DNA of 64,000 nt. It comes from Owenia fusiformis. Its lineage: Eukaryota. The notes under the pieces are model-generated. The model was not told where the DNA came from and searched no databases. It saw only the letters and a program-made list of their open reading frames with translations. The position numbers and the translations under genes are program-made. Where the stretch lies: contig CAIIXF020000001.1 of assembly GCA_903813345.2 (NCBI GenBank), forward strand, positions 6,200,001 to 6,264,000, written 5' to 3'. Below, piece by piece: positions 36,133 through 48,796 of the stretch; position 1 is the first letter of the stretch, and every line of letters begins with the position of its first letter.

Positions 36133-38788
36133 TATCGGTCCGAAGTTTCAAAATCGTCAAAATCTCAGCATGATAAAAAGAAAACGCATTATAACAAAAA
36201 CGTAATCTAGACCTAAAAACATCGCTGGATACGAGATGCAGGATTAATCCCATGAAGTCTATTTTACATCTGTCTTATCACTGATTCGTTCAGCCAGAGT
36301 ATACTCCTAGAAATTTAGTAGACCCTGATTGGATTTGTGGTAGGCAGAGTGTATGCTGCTGATTAGATTCAGATGGATAACGTCCAGAGGTTAAATTAAC
36401 TCACAATGCATTTCTGATTTATTATTGATGGAATCACGATAATGTAGGATCGATGATCCATATCTATAGACTCGTAGAGACAATCCGATTGAATAAATGA
36501 TACGGGAAATGGATAAACTCGTATTATTCCCGAACAGCACTAGCAACATGATTTGCAATGATTGCTCACATTCTATTTATAATGACACGTCGACAAATAT
36601 TCAGATCCAAAGGTGTATGTATAGTCAACGGTTAATCTAGGAATCCTTGAAAGGGAAAGGGGGCAAAATTAAAGGTTTTTTCTCAGTTATTTTTGCAGAT
36701 CCTGAAACTGATGGACATAGGATTTGTTTAATTGTGCTTATTGATACAATTCTGAATATTGATTGTGCCGGGATTTATGACTAAAGTCGTAACTACGATA
36801 CAAAGAGACTAAATTATTCATTGAGATAAACCAATTGAACAGACCTTCTTGAGCACTTTTGATAAATCATACGTCACCGCTTACTATTTGTAAATCATTT
36901 GTCAGTAAATTGCAATGTTTGAACCATTTTGATTCTACGGAACACTAGAACATATATTGATCGGTTACTTCAGCATCTCGGACACATCATCGATAAAATT
37001 ATATAAAAACAACACTCCTGTGGAATCAAGTGCAAAGGAAACACAAGTATGATGTATTTTAAAGTGTTTTGTCTTGATACATTACGCTTTTAAATTGAGA
37101 AAAGCACTTAGTAGTCATGAAAAAATCGAATTTTTCACTAATTCAACGTATAATCAGACAATGCAACACTTGTTACTCTAGCTTGTAATTTAGAATTCTT
37201 TTTTGAAATTTTACTTGGGGATTGCACGCCTTTCTAATTGAGAGGGAAGTAACTTTAAATCTGTTCAATAAAACTACTTAATCAACTGATAATACCATTT
37301 GTTGGGAGTTTATGCTCCGTATCTTTATCTTTTACCTTTTTACGTATCTTAATTTCCAGTCTTTTGTGATAAGATAAACAAAAAGTACAATTAATGCCTT
37401 TATTAATCATTAATCAATATTATTAAATTCATTATAAAATATCATTCGGATGTTATTAATCCACCATTTTCTGGGCTTTTAATAACTTGGTGGAAAAGGT
37501 ACAGCGGTTTGTGCAATTACATAAACCTCCAATGGTCTGAATGGTATTAAAGCTGAAGGCAATGTACAAGAGTGTTTATACGTTCATCTAGATGTTTTTG
37601 AGAAGCTTCCAGCTAGAAATCATTTATGCATCGTTATCTGATTCTCCACAGTTGGATTGTTTATTCAGGAGCTTACATGCAAACGTTGAATAAGACTCAT
37701 ACTAATGCTCAAAGTGAGAATTACGGATCTGAATCAATGCTTAACCAGCAATGATTTTAGGTAGAAATTGCATTCAATGAGCTGGGGATTAATGTACAAT
37801 TACTGAAAATAGACGATGGTTTAAGGAATGTCGAGAAAAAAATCAATATTATGGACAATGACTATTCAAAAGATCACATAAATGCTCATAACTGCAAAAA
37901 ATATCACGTTCCGTAAATGTTTTATGCATGATAATGCGTTTTGTCATTTTATTATGATTAAATATAAACGTTTATTTAGCTGTATCTACTTTTCAGATTC
38001 CTCTGCTACTGTGGAACATGTACACATATAAAATATCGTGTATTACACACGGGTGACAAACAGATCTTCACCCCGGGGTTTGAGAATCCACGTAGACACA
38101 GATACCTCGATGTTGTTGTATTGTAATCATCCAAGTTGATAAAATTGACACAGATTTCATCGTCGCTTTCCACCGGGTCTAAAGACGGGTTCAGCAGAAA
38201 ACATATTGGATATCATAAGTCTCTGTTGTACGGATTATGAACACTGAATGGAGTTATGCTTCGTGGCAGAAGAATCTCAGAGAGTTAATCAGGTGATTAA
38301 TCAACTAGAGGATTATATAATTAATCTTACGATATTCGCGGAAGCTAATTCATATATACTTGTCAACGAGCTTGACTTTTTAAAGCTTTAAATGTGACAA
38401 TATTTCGCGATCGGTGACATATCACAGAACTAATATAACAGGGAGATGACAACGTAAAAGTCCTATGCAATGAATGTACAAATAATACACATCGACGTAT
38501 CACAAAAAGTCGCCATCAAAATTATGCTAGAACTATTCTGCTGAATCATTGGCATGATTGATAGTCATTTCTGATAGCCTTGATTTTCTATAAAGTTCCG
38601 TACTACAAAAACTGCAGAGAGTAGTATACCATCCTTTGATTATACATTTATCACCTTTCTTTGCCAATTCTTAACAGAAATTGCATGCTTTATATGCTGT
38701 ACTCTGCAATGAGCTTCAGTCTAAAGGCCCCTAGAGGGACTCATGGACTATAAATTGGATTGTTACTTACACTAACGGCCTCTGTTTT

Positions 38789-39553
38789 ATGTTCAAGCAG
38801 ACCATTCGCAAGTGTATTAATGCTTCAACAATGGTGCAGAAAAGCCATAACCAAAATGGTTATGATGCCGGTACTTTGTTGAAAGTAGAAGGAGTGGATG
38901 TTAATAACACCTTCCTTGCTGTTATTCTGGACAATGGCGAAGTTATTCATCGGAATGTAACGAATAGCTACGATCACGTGGGTGCCTCATATTATGTTAC
39001 CGCTGTTATCATGATATATGGACTCTCGATTGTGTTCATGATTGGATCGTTGGTCAAGAGAAGTAAATCCGACGTTGATAACAGCGTCAACATTTATCTT
39101 AAAGAAGTAGGCCTGGGTAGTAGCAACAAGTTTGAACTGCGCCACAAAAAAGCCAAGGCAAGGGCTAATCTTTCAGCTAAACTGACTCATCAAAATATTT
39201 CATCTGGCCTTAAACTTACTAGTTCTATAGCAACGGTTGCTGATGGTGGTAAAATGGCTGCCGTCGTCAAAGAAGGAAAGCCAAATTACTTCAACAATCC
39301 ATGCATCGACCTCACCAGACTGTCCAATACCCAGTCATTGCTGCAAAATACACCACCGGGGGTGGCGAGTGAAGACGTTCAATTTCCAAAATGTAGTTCG
39401 GAATACGAAGGTGGCGACTCCGAAGGGAGGACGTTCCAAAGACAGTCGTCGTCGTCAACTGTTAAACTAGAGCCTCTCTTTGAAGAAGTTGAGGTTGAAG
39501 ACGACGATGACGATGATTTGTTTCAAACTGAACACGCAGTTCTCATGGTGTAA
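38789..39553 (+). CDS. Single-pass membrane protein, 254 aa (or from ATG 38831), with a KCNE-like TM segment and a disordered acidic C-terminus
   Basis: Long ORF in AT-rich DNA; N-glycosylation sequons (NNT, NVT) before the TM helix ASYYVTAVIMIYGLSIVFMIGSLV, then basic KRSK; no signal peptide; Ser-rich and acidic tail. Confidence 0.8.
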   Translation: MFKQTIRKCINASTMVQKSHNQNGYDAGTLLKVEGVDVNNTFLAVILDNGEVIHRNVTNSYDHVGASYYVTAVIMIYGLSIVFMIGSLVKRSKSDVDNSVNIYLKEVGLGSSNKFELRHKKAKARANLSAKLTHQNISSGLKLTSSIATVADGGKMAAVVKEGKPNYFNNPCIDLTRLSNTQSLLQNTPPGVASEDVQFPKCSSEYEGGDSEGRTFQRQSSSSTVKLEPLFEEVEVEDDDDDDLFQTEHAVLMV

Positions 39554-40504
39554 TGTTTCAAGAAATCGTGGCAGCACATCGATTTACGATTAAAGGTGAC
39601 GCTATATTCTTTCCATAAAATTTGAATACATCCATCTTACAGGTGCGGAACAAATACTCCAGTCGCACGTTAATATGCTTCAAAAACCCATGGCCAACAG
39701 CTAGTATCTTGCATATTTGAACCAACGAGGAGTGGATTATTTTACAAATTCGAGGGCCCTGCAACAATGATATTTTTATGACACAATGTGCAAAAATTAA
39801 TGTAGCCGGCAGCATGTAGCCACAATAGGCCACGATCAGTTGATTACATTTAATAATATAAGAACCACAATCCACACCATTACATTACAGATGCAGTTTC
39901 CAATCAGTTAATTAAGTAAAACACCATGACCTGAAAGAACGCTATACACATTGTGTGTTGCTATAGCTTCGATAATCCATTCAGCAATTACTAATTTCAG
40001 TTGTGGTATTGTTTTCAAGATTTAAGAGACCTGCTGAGGGTGTCATATCATCTTGCTTCATCAAGCTTCGGACCTATCCTCAATAGAACGTAGTGATTGA
40101 GCGTGAGAACCGACGATGGTGTCATATTGAATTAAGTGTTCCAAGGTTGATGTGCCGACATATCTATAATATATACAGAGAATATGTCGGGAGCTATCTT
40201 TTCAATAAACATACCAATGTCTCCCTGATAATCTAAAAAGGGATGTGAAATATCTCTTTAAAACTACAGAAACGTGAATGCCCAAAGGGTGCCCCTTCCC
40301 ATATTGTATTGCAGTATAAAGATACAAAATTAGTTACAACTCTCTGGGCCTTTTAGGAAGTAGGCATTTCCAAGAAATGATGTATGCAAAGATATCGTAA
40401 AATGTTGCCTTTTTGAAACTACACATTGCCCTTATTGGTAATAAATCCCGAAGTTGACATTGGTAAAGCGATTTAGAAAACTGTGGAAACAAACGTATTG
40501 ATGT

Positions 40505-41107
40505 TGTTACGCGGCAAATGGCATATATTTATGGTTGCACGGTATTTGTGATATGGGTGAATATGCTAGACTCTCGCCTGCGGCATATGGCATAGTCTGA
40601 AGGTGAGTATGCCATATTCCGCAGCGAATATTCAAATACATTGATTTCAGTAAATAAACGATACTCACTTGCGAAATAGACAATGCCCACTTGCTGAATA
40701 TGTCATATACCGCAGGTGAATATGACATATACCGCATGTGAAAACGTGATACAGAGATCCTTGATTTGATTCAATTGGTCGACTCTAAATGTAAAACTTT
40801 GCTTGATTGCCAATATAGGTAGTGCTTCGAGTACTAATATATATGAATCCTATATTTATTGAGTAAGTTTAGTACGTGAGATTGCTGGGCTATTCTTCTG
40901 CATCATTTGATTTATTCAGTGCACTGTACTGTTGATTCAGTTGTCATTATAATTATTTATAAACTTTTACCCGTTCGTTCAATCGATGCAATTGACAACT
41001 GTGTGCTTTTTAAATGAGTATGCCATATACCGCAGGTGAATCTGTCATACACCGTAAGTGAATATGCCATATTCGTTGCGGAATATGACATCTTGTGTAG
41101 CGTAACA
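40505..41107. mobile_element. TGT...ACA-ended element with internal repeats of about 23 bp
   Basis: TGTTACGC...GCGTAACA termini, flanks gatgt/aatgt, repeated atatgccatataccgcaggtga. Confidence 0.5.
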
Positions 41108-41359
41108 AATGTGTGTAAATATGGAATATACAAGTCTTTTTTGAATTTCTGCTTTTGTTTACGAAGTGGACATAAATGCTTGTAGCATCATATCTAAGTT
41201 GTTAGAATGACAGTATGACAATTGCCGGTGAATGAGTACATGTGGATTTCCTTTTTATAATCGTCGTATGAGAGTCAGAGTCTCTTTCCATCATATCCCT
41301 TTTTGATTTTCGATCCACTGTTCCCCCATGGAAATATCAGGAAATGATACAATGTATCA

Positions 41360-42024
41360 TTTTTATCACATCATCGGTGGGATATAGTCGTCATAGTCGT
41401 CGCGATCGTGATCGTTATAGTCCCACTTTTTTGTCATCGCCATTTCAGGAAAACCACTCATCAGAATATCGCCAAATTGGCACAAATGATAGAGGATATC
41501 AAGTTCTAGAGCTATTAACTTTTGGGCTGCCATCTTGTTTTCTGGCGGCCATTTTGAAGGTTTTCGGAAAATCTTGTCATCGCCATTTCAGGAATACCGC
41601 TCATCAGATTTTCTCCAAATTCGCACACATGATAGAGGATATCAAGTTCTAGAGCTGATTACCTTCTGGGTGGCCATCTAGCTTCCTGGTGGCCATTTTG
41701 AAGTTTTTTTGGAAATTCTTGTCATCGCCATTTCAGGAAACCCGCTTGTCGGATTGTTTCCAAACTCACACACATAATAGAGGATATCAAGTTCTAGAGC
41801 TAATTTACTTTTGGGCGGCCATCGTGTTTTCTGGTGGCCATTTTGAAGGTTTTCCGATAAATCTTGTCATCGCCATTTCAGGAAAACCACTTGTCGGATT
41901 GTCTCCAAATTCTAACACATGATAGAGGATGTCAAGTTTTAACTTCTGGGCAGCCACTTTTTTCTGGCAGCCATTCTGAAAGTTTTTTTGATGGTGTGAT
42001 CTCGTTCACGTCATGTGCCTTGTT
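41360..42024. mobile_element. HINE/Helentron-like element with 4 tandem units of about 144 bp
   Basis: ttttATCACATCATC at the left and inverted GATGGTGTGAT at about 41990, followed by a short stem and cttgtt; units begin ttgtcatcgccatttcagg at 41431, 41574, 41719 and 41864. Confidence 0.7.
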
Positions 42025-42788
42025 AGAAGAGGCATTAGAGAATAACGGGTGGCTAAATGTGATGAGAGCTCGGTCAAAGGTTATATATTGATATGAAATT
42101 CTCATGGTTCTTACAGTCAGAATAATTATTTGTCACAAACATGATTTAACACCGTAGTTTTGTTTCAAATAATACAAAATGTCAGTCATTAAAATACTCT
42201 TGGCTTGACTTTGTACATAAATTAGTAAAAATTGAAAATGGCCTCAGGGACAATCTACTCATGAGTTTTTTAGAATAGGATAGTTTCTAAATAGCAGAAA
42301 AATCAATGAAATCTCGTGCTGCCATCTTTTATTCAGCTTTTAACTCTGGCTAGAGCTCCATTCATTTACATGCTAAAATCTTGGAAAAGTGGCTTAATTT
42401 CATGATTTATCAAAGTGTGTTTGTTGAATCTGTATAAAACTTGAATGATATACCACATGATGACCCTGTTTATGAACATGTTGTGATTAAACATGCTAAT
42501 GTTGATTGACATACAAATAATCCACGGTTTTAAAGAATTTTAGCATTGCATCTGTGGACATTTGGCCCAACTTTTTTTAAATTGTCATAGAAAATTATTC
42601 AAATTACATAACTGTGTAAATCAAAGCTATTTTAGGAGAAAACATTCCACTGAATTCAAATATACCATTTAAAAGAAGGTAATGTAAGTCATTAGAGGTC
42701 TAATATGCAAGTCTCTTAAAATCCCACGAAAAACGAGATTTAGCGAGATTTCAAAAGCTATATGGAAACTATACTATTGATACTCGTA

Positions 42789-42878
42789 TAACACGGGCAC
42801 TAACCAGACCTCAACATGCATTGAGCATTTGAGGATCTAGGTTGAGCTGATCGAGATCTGGTTAATGTCCGTGAATAA
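42789..42878. repeat. Small imperfect hairpin or mini-MITE
   Basis: cacgggcactaaccagacctc / gagatctggttaatgtccgtg. Confidence 0.4.
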
Positions 42879-43886
42879 GTTGCACTAATAAAACGTTTAG
42901 CTTTTTTATTAGATTAACATGGAGAAATTGTTTTAACCTCATTCAACTTTGCACAATACAAAACACCATGAACATTAAGTATTCTATGGTAAATATCTTA
43001 TGAGAAACATATTTTTCAATAGCATTTTCGACATTTTGTCCCCACCATGCATCAAAATAAACAGTTATAAGTAATTAATTTGACTCTAATAGGCAACAAT
43101 TGATTAATGTAAATTGACAATAAATTGACATGTATATGGAAAAATATGTGTGTACTGTGTCTTTATTTTTATGGAGCTGAAGACATGTGCTGACGTGTCA
43201 CGGTTGTCTGCCTAACCTCAGGAGAAATCATGAAGCATTTTAAGAATCAACCATCCGCGCACAGAGGCAGGCTTGTCTAGATCTAGATCTCTTCTTTTTT
43301 AGAAACATCTTTTCAAACCCAAATTGACCTCAAACTCACACAAATAATAAAGGATCTGTTAATATCATATCTTGCATTTTCCTGCATCAGCCAATCCAAG
43401 TTTCAGGCACAAACGCCCTTAACTTTTGTCTCCTAACAGGATTCTAATAGGGCGGTATATTTTTCATACGATATGACGAGGTGACGAGGATTTGCCCTCC
43501 AATTTTACGGAAATACAGAAATGACATATCGCCATCTATTTTTCCATTGCAATAATCTTAACAGCAATGCCAACAAGAATAAATCTGAAATGATCAATGT
43601 TTTCCATCAATCGCCATCTATATTTTGCAGTACGGACTATTGACGACTCGCACTCTTGATTTGGGTATTATTGCTGAAATACTCTCCGTAGCAAAGCCTA
43701 AATTAGAAACGAACTATTATGAAAAAACAATTCAATTAAACATCACACCGTTAGACAGGAGTCGAATATACCTGTGTCTCGAGTATAAGGATGGGGATGA
43801 AACACTCCCTGTATATCTGGAGTAAACATGCGAGGAATCCATCCAAGTGTATACTTTGACGCTAAAATCTCGTCTGGCCCCGTACC

Positions 43887-43999
43887 TGGGGCAAGGGTGC
43901 AAACATTCTATATGGTGTGGGGCAAGGGTGCAAACATTTAATATTGTGTGGAGCAAGGGTGCAAACATTATATATGGTGTAGGATAAGGGTGCAAACAT
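43887..43999. repeat. Minisatellite, about 31 bp x 3.5
   Basis: Repeats of ggggcaagggtgcaaacatt(c/t/a)tatatggtgt. Confidence 0.8.
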
Positions 44000-44548
44000 G
44001 GATATGTAGATAGATAGATAGACATGGCTCCATCAAAAGCATCATGTTACTCTGAAATTAACAAAATTACAGTAGTCTCGCAATATATTTTTTATGCACT
44101 GTGCAGTAGCTATAATCGCTGTACCTTCATGCAGGGTTTGTTCATGAGAATGAATAATTAATTACAAAAACTCATAAATCACCGAGATGTACATGTACAC
44201 CTGAATATGTGTTTATTTATCCATTGTCGAGTTGTTTTAATTATACTGATTCATTTTTGCATCGATGAAAACTGAGAAAATGTGTTTTTAGATCGCTATG
44301 TCAAACAATTGGTAATATCTAGCCAGGGTTATTAAAATTGTTTACTAAATATCATTTTGTTGTAAATTAAATTATCGTTAACATTATTGTTGGTGTTTTT
44401 GTTAAGAAATAGATATTTTATCAGGAATATTGACTAGGGGGTGTTTTATTACCCACATTGTATATTGACAATAACGTATATTATAATCACCACCTTAATA
44501 ATTGCGAGGCCTGTTCTTTGGGTATTAGCTACAGTAGTTCATGCTCGA

Positions 44549-44674
44549 GTCAGATTTGCTCCGATTCATCTGCCGGCGCCCGTCCGATTGAGTATCTTGT
44601 TCAAAATTGTATTCAGTTTTAAACATAACACTCAATTGGCCGGGCGCCGGCCTGTGAATCGGAGCAAATGTGAC
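44549..44674. mobile_element. Palindromic mini-MITE of about 125 bp
   Basis: gtcagatttgctccgattca...gccggcgcccg.cc.attgagt / actcaattggccgggcgccggc...tgaatcggagcaaatgtgac. Confidence 0.65.
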
Positions 44675-45071
44675 TTATATATTGACTTGAGCAAGAGGTG
44701 AAGCCACCGTGTTTTAATTTGGGCCGTGACTATTCCTCATTATCTTCCAAGGTCCAGGAGAGTGAATAACGAGTTTTCAATAGGTGGTGATGATACTAAT
44801 AACCTCATTATTTCAGCGGGCAAACCAGTGAAATCGTGCTGGGCCCCTACCACCCCCTCCCATGCCCGCCACTGTTAGTAGCCACCTTCTGTACTAAAAA
44901 TAAATCACTGGCTATATAGCAAAATGCTATAATACAAACCAATTGGAAAAAATTGAAACCTTCGGATTAATTATGAAAAAAAACTAAGATTCCCGGTACA
45001 TATATATAATGAGCCGAAAACATTCTAAAATTGAAACAATTTTCTACAAGATGATAGTGAAGATACTGCTG

Positions 45072-46252
45072 CTAACTTGCTAGATCTGTTTCTTCCTTTA
45101 ATCATTGTCACAATTCTAAATGCTTCTTGATCGATCTAACTTGCTAGATCTGATTCTGCTTTTAATCATTGTCACAATTCTAAATGCTTCTTGATCGATC
45201 TAACTTGCTAGATCTGATTCTGCTTTTAATAATTGTCACAATTCTAAATGCTTCTTGATCGATCTAACTTGCTAGATCTGATTCTGCCTTTAATCATTGT
45301 CACAATTCTAAATGCTTCTTGATCGATCTAACTTGCTAGATCTGCTGATTCTGCCTTTAATCATTGTCGCAATTATAAATGCTTCTTGATCGATCTAACT
45401 TACTTGATCTGATTCTGCCTTCAATCATCGTCACAACTCTAAATGCTTCTTGATCGATCTAACTTCCTAGATCTGATTCTGCCTTTAATCATTGTCGCAA
45501 CTCTGAATGCTTCTATATCGATCTAACTTGCTAGATCTGCTGATTCTGCCTTTAATCATTGTCGCAATTATAAATGCTTCTTGATCGGTCTAACTTACTA
45601 GATCTGATTCTGCCTTTAATCATTGTCACAACTCTAAATGCTTCTTGATCGATCTAACTTGCTAGATCTGCCGATTCTGCCTTTAATCATTGTCACAACT
45701 CTAAATGCTTCTTGATCGATCTAACTTGCTAGATCTGCTGATTCTGCCTTTAATCATGATTGTCACAATTCTAAATGCTTCTTGATCGATCTAACTTGCT
45801 AGATCTGCTGATTCTGCCTTTAATCATTGTCACAACTCTAAATGCTTCTTGATCGATCTAACTTGCTAGATCTGCCGATTCTGCCTTTAATCATTGTCGC
45901 AATTCTAAATACTTTTTGATCGATCTATCTTGCTAGATCTGATTCTGCCTTTAATCATTGACACAACTCTAAATGCTTCTTCATCGATCTAACTTGCTAG
46001 ATCTGATTCTGCCTTTAATCATTGTCACAACTCTAAATGCTTCTTCATCGATCTAACTTGCTAGATCTGCTGATTCTGCCTTTAATCATTGTCGCAATTA
46101 TAAATGCTTCTTGATCGATCTAACTTGCTAGATCTGATTCTCCCTTTAATCATTGTCACAACTCTAAATGCTTCTTGATCGATATAACTTGCTAGATCTT
46201 ATTCTGCCTTTAATCATGATTGTCACAATTCTAAATGATTCTTGATCGATCT
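45072..46252. repeat. Minisatellite, 64-bp unit (67/70-bp variants), about 18 copies
   Basis: Unit ctaacttgctagatctgattctgcctttaatcattgtcacaa(t/c)tctaaatgcttcttgatcgat starts at 45072, 45136, 45200, 45264 and so on. Confidence 0.95.
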
Positions 46253-46544
46253 GGTTGACCGAAGTCGCTACACGATTGATAAATTTCCTGGCATTCATTT
46301 AAATTCTACAACAAATATAAACATTCCACATATGGTTTTATAAATAGATTGTGTACGTTTGTTTGCTTTGAATCGAGATTGATTTGACCCCTGGGAATGC
46401 CATGTAACAATCACTTATACAGATGAGTTTTGAATTGCAAATAAGTAATATCAGAAAGTTAACTCATTTCGTATTACTAGAAAAGATAAGATGTATTTTA
46501 TACTTTTTGTAGCTTATTTGCACAAATTAAACGAAACTGTTATA

Positions 46545-47157
46545 CAGGGTGGGCCAAAAAAACGCCACTTTTTTTCAAGACACTACAACTTTTTTATTTT
46601 CCAACCTACATACCTCAAATTTTGTAGTTATATAGTGCCAAGGGTTCTTAGCAATAATATAATGTTACAAGTCATTCAACTTGGATTATATTTGATCTAA
46701 AAGGGGAGTCCGCCACCCTAATTGATGATATATTTTAGATTTAGTCGCCTTGCTGATATTGCAGTATCAATGAAATGTTATAAAGTTTTTTCCAACCTGT
46801 CTAAATTCCTAGCTTTAGTTGAGCAATTTTCTAGATTGGGTGCCTTCATACAATCTCCTTGAGACCTTCCCATACCCTATACTCACTGGGGTTTGCATCA
46901 GGGCTACTAGCTTGGCGATCATCAGGCCGTATCAGTTCAGGAACATTTTGCAAATTATGCTTATTTCTCATGAAAACCACATGTTTAAGTGAGAGAGACG
47001 CTGGTGACATATTTTTTCAAGTAAAACTGTATGATTTATGATCCATGGCTAGATAGCAATCTCAAGTTTCATTTGGTATGCAAATTATGATTTAATATCA
47101 AAAATTAAAAAAGTTATAGCATTTTGAAAAAAAGTGGCGTTTTTTTGGCCCACCCTG
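46545..47157. mobile_element. Tc1-type MITE
   Basis: TA|CAGGGTGGGCCAAAAAAACGCCAC...GTGGCGTTTTTTTGGCCCACCCTG|TA. Confidence 0.88.
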
Positions 47158-47163
47158 TATATA

Positions 47164-48771
47164 CAGGGTGGGCCAAAAAAAAACACCCCCCTAGCCAATA
47201 TTTCTGATAAATATTCAATTTTTAACATGCAAACCTATAATGATATATCATTTTAAAGATAATTTAATTTGCAACAAAATGATATACAATATAACAATTT
47301 TCAACAACTCTGGCTCGAGATATAACCATTTATGTGACATGGGGGTCAAAAAACACCTTTTCAATTTTCGTCGATTTTGCGAACGATTGCCTATTTCTAC
47401 CAAATTTTAGTAGATTACAACATTGTCATGAGTCTTTCATAATTGGATATTATATATTGTTTTCATTCAGTTTTTGAACCTTGCATGCTCAATATACATG
47501 TGTATGCTTATAAAACTAATTCATTTCTTCTTCAGTCTGTCCAAATATGACTCAATAGACTCATCCCCGGACCCAACTTCTGATTTGATTTCTCGCTTAA
47601 AACGCGAAAGCCATTGGTATAATTGATGGACCTCTGCAGAAGTACCATCCAACACCTAATTATTCATTCTTTCAGTTTGTCTACACCCCTGATGGGCTAG
47701 GGATCTCCATAGACCAACTGTTCTAAATGCCCCAAGTTCTATACATGTAATCAAAAGGCTATACTCTATATAAGTAAGCAAGAATAGTGACATTTGCGAT
47801 AAAAGGCTACTCAAATCGAGATGACATTTTTCTGAAAGGTAGATGGTGTCCACTCAGCGTTCCCCAAAAAGGATAGACCATACAGGCTCTGTTTTTTGAA
47901 CCGGGAGCAAAAATATACTCTGAATGTTAATGACATGAGGTGGTAAAAAGGACTCCTCAAGAATATAATAAAAAACATGTGAAAGAAATTTCATTTTCTG
48001 ATAGAACAGTGCTCCATCACACAGGTCCAATGCTACCCTGGAGTTTTTGGAGATTCGAAATGTCACCATCTCCAACCTAGAAAATGGCTTACTGGCAGTC
48101 CAGTTGCCAATAATGTTGATTACCATACCTGGGAGCATCTAGAACAGTTGGTATTTAAATATACCAAGCCTATCAGGGATGTAGAGGAACTAAAATAAAG
48201 AATAACTAGCAGTTGAATGGTACTTCCGCATACATCCATCAATTATGCCATCAACCAATGGCTTCGGCGTCTTAAGCGAATAATCCAATCAGAGGATGGG
48301 TTTGGGGGTGCAGGGGCGGATCTGGGAATCAACAAGGGGGGGGAAATCAAATCAGAAGTTGGGTCCGGGGATGAGTCTATTGAGTCATATTTGGACAGAC
48401 TGAAGAAGAAATGAATTAGTTTTATAAGCATACACATGTATATTGAGCATGCAAGGTTCAAAAACTGAATGAAAACAATATATAATATCCAATTATGAAA
48501 GACTCATGACAATGTTGTAATCTACTAAAATTTGGTAGAAATAGGCAATTGTTCGCAAAACCGACGAAAATTGAAAAGGTGTTTTTTGACCCCCATGTCA
48601 CATAAATGGTTATATTTCTATATGAGGTTGTTGAAAATGGTGCTATTATATATCATTGTGTTGCAAATTAAATTATCTTTAATATGATATATCATTGTTG
48701 GTGTGATTGTTAAAAAATAAATATTTATCAGGAATATTGGTTAGGGGGGTGGTTTTTTTTGGCCCACCCTG
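47164..48771. mobile_element. Tc1-type foldback element with TIRs of about 430-570 bp
   Basis: TA|CAGGGTGGGCCAAAAAAAAACACC...GGCCCACCCTG|TA; about 47330-47593 is a near-perfect reverse complement of about 48343-48614. Confidence 0.9.
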
Positions 48772-48796
48772 TAGTAGTTAAATTGGGTAAAGTGAT

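Noticed and set aside
41344-42091. ORFs with repeated LSSPFQE motifs
   Set aside because: Translations of the 144-bp tandem units
45072-46252. Possible CRISPR array
   Set aside because: Head-to-tail units with no unique spacers, no cas genes and a eukaryotic context; it is a minisatellite
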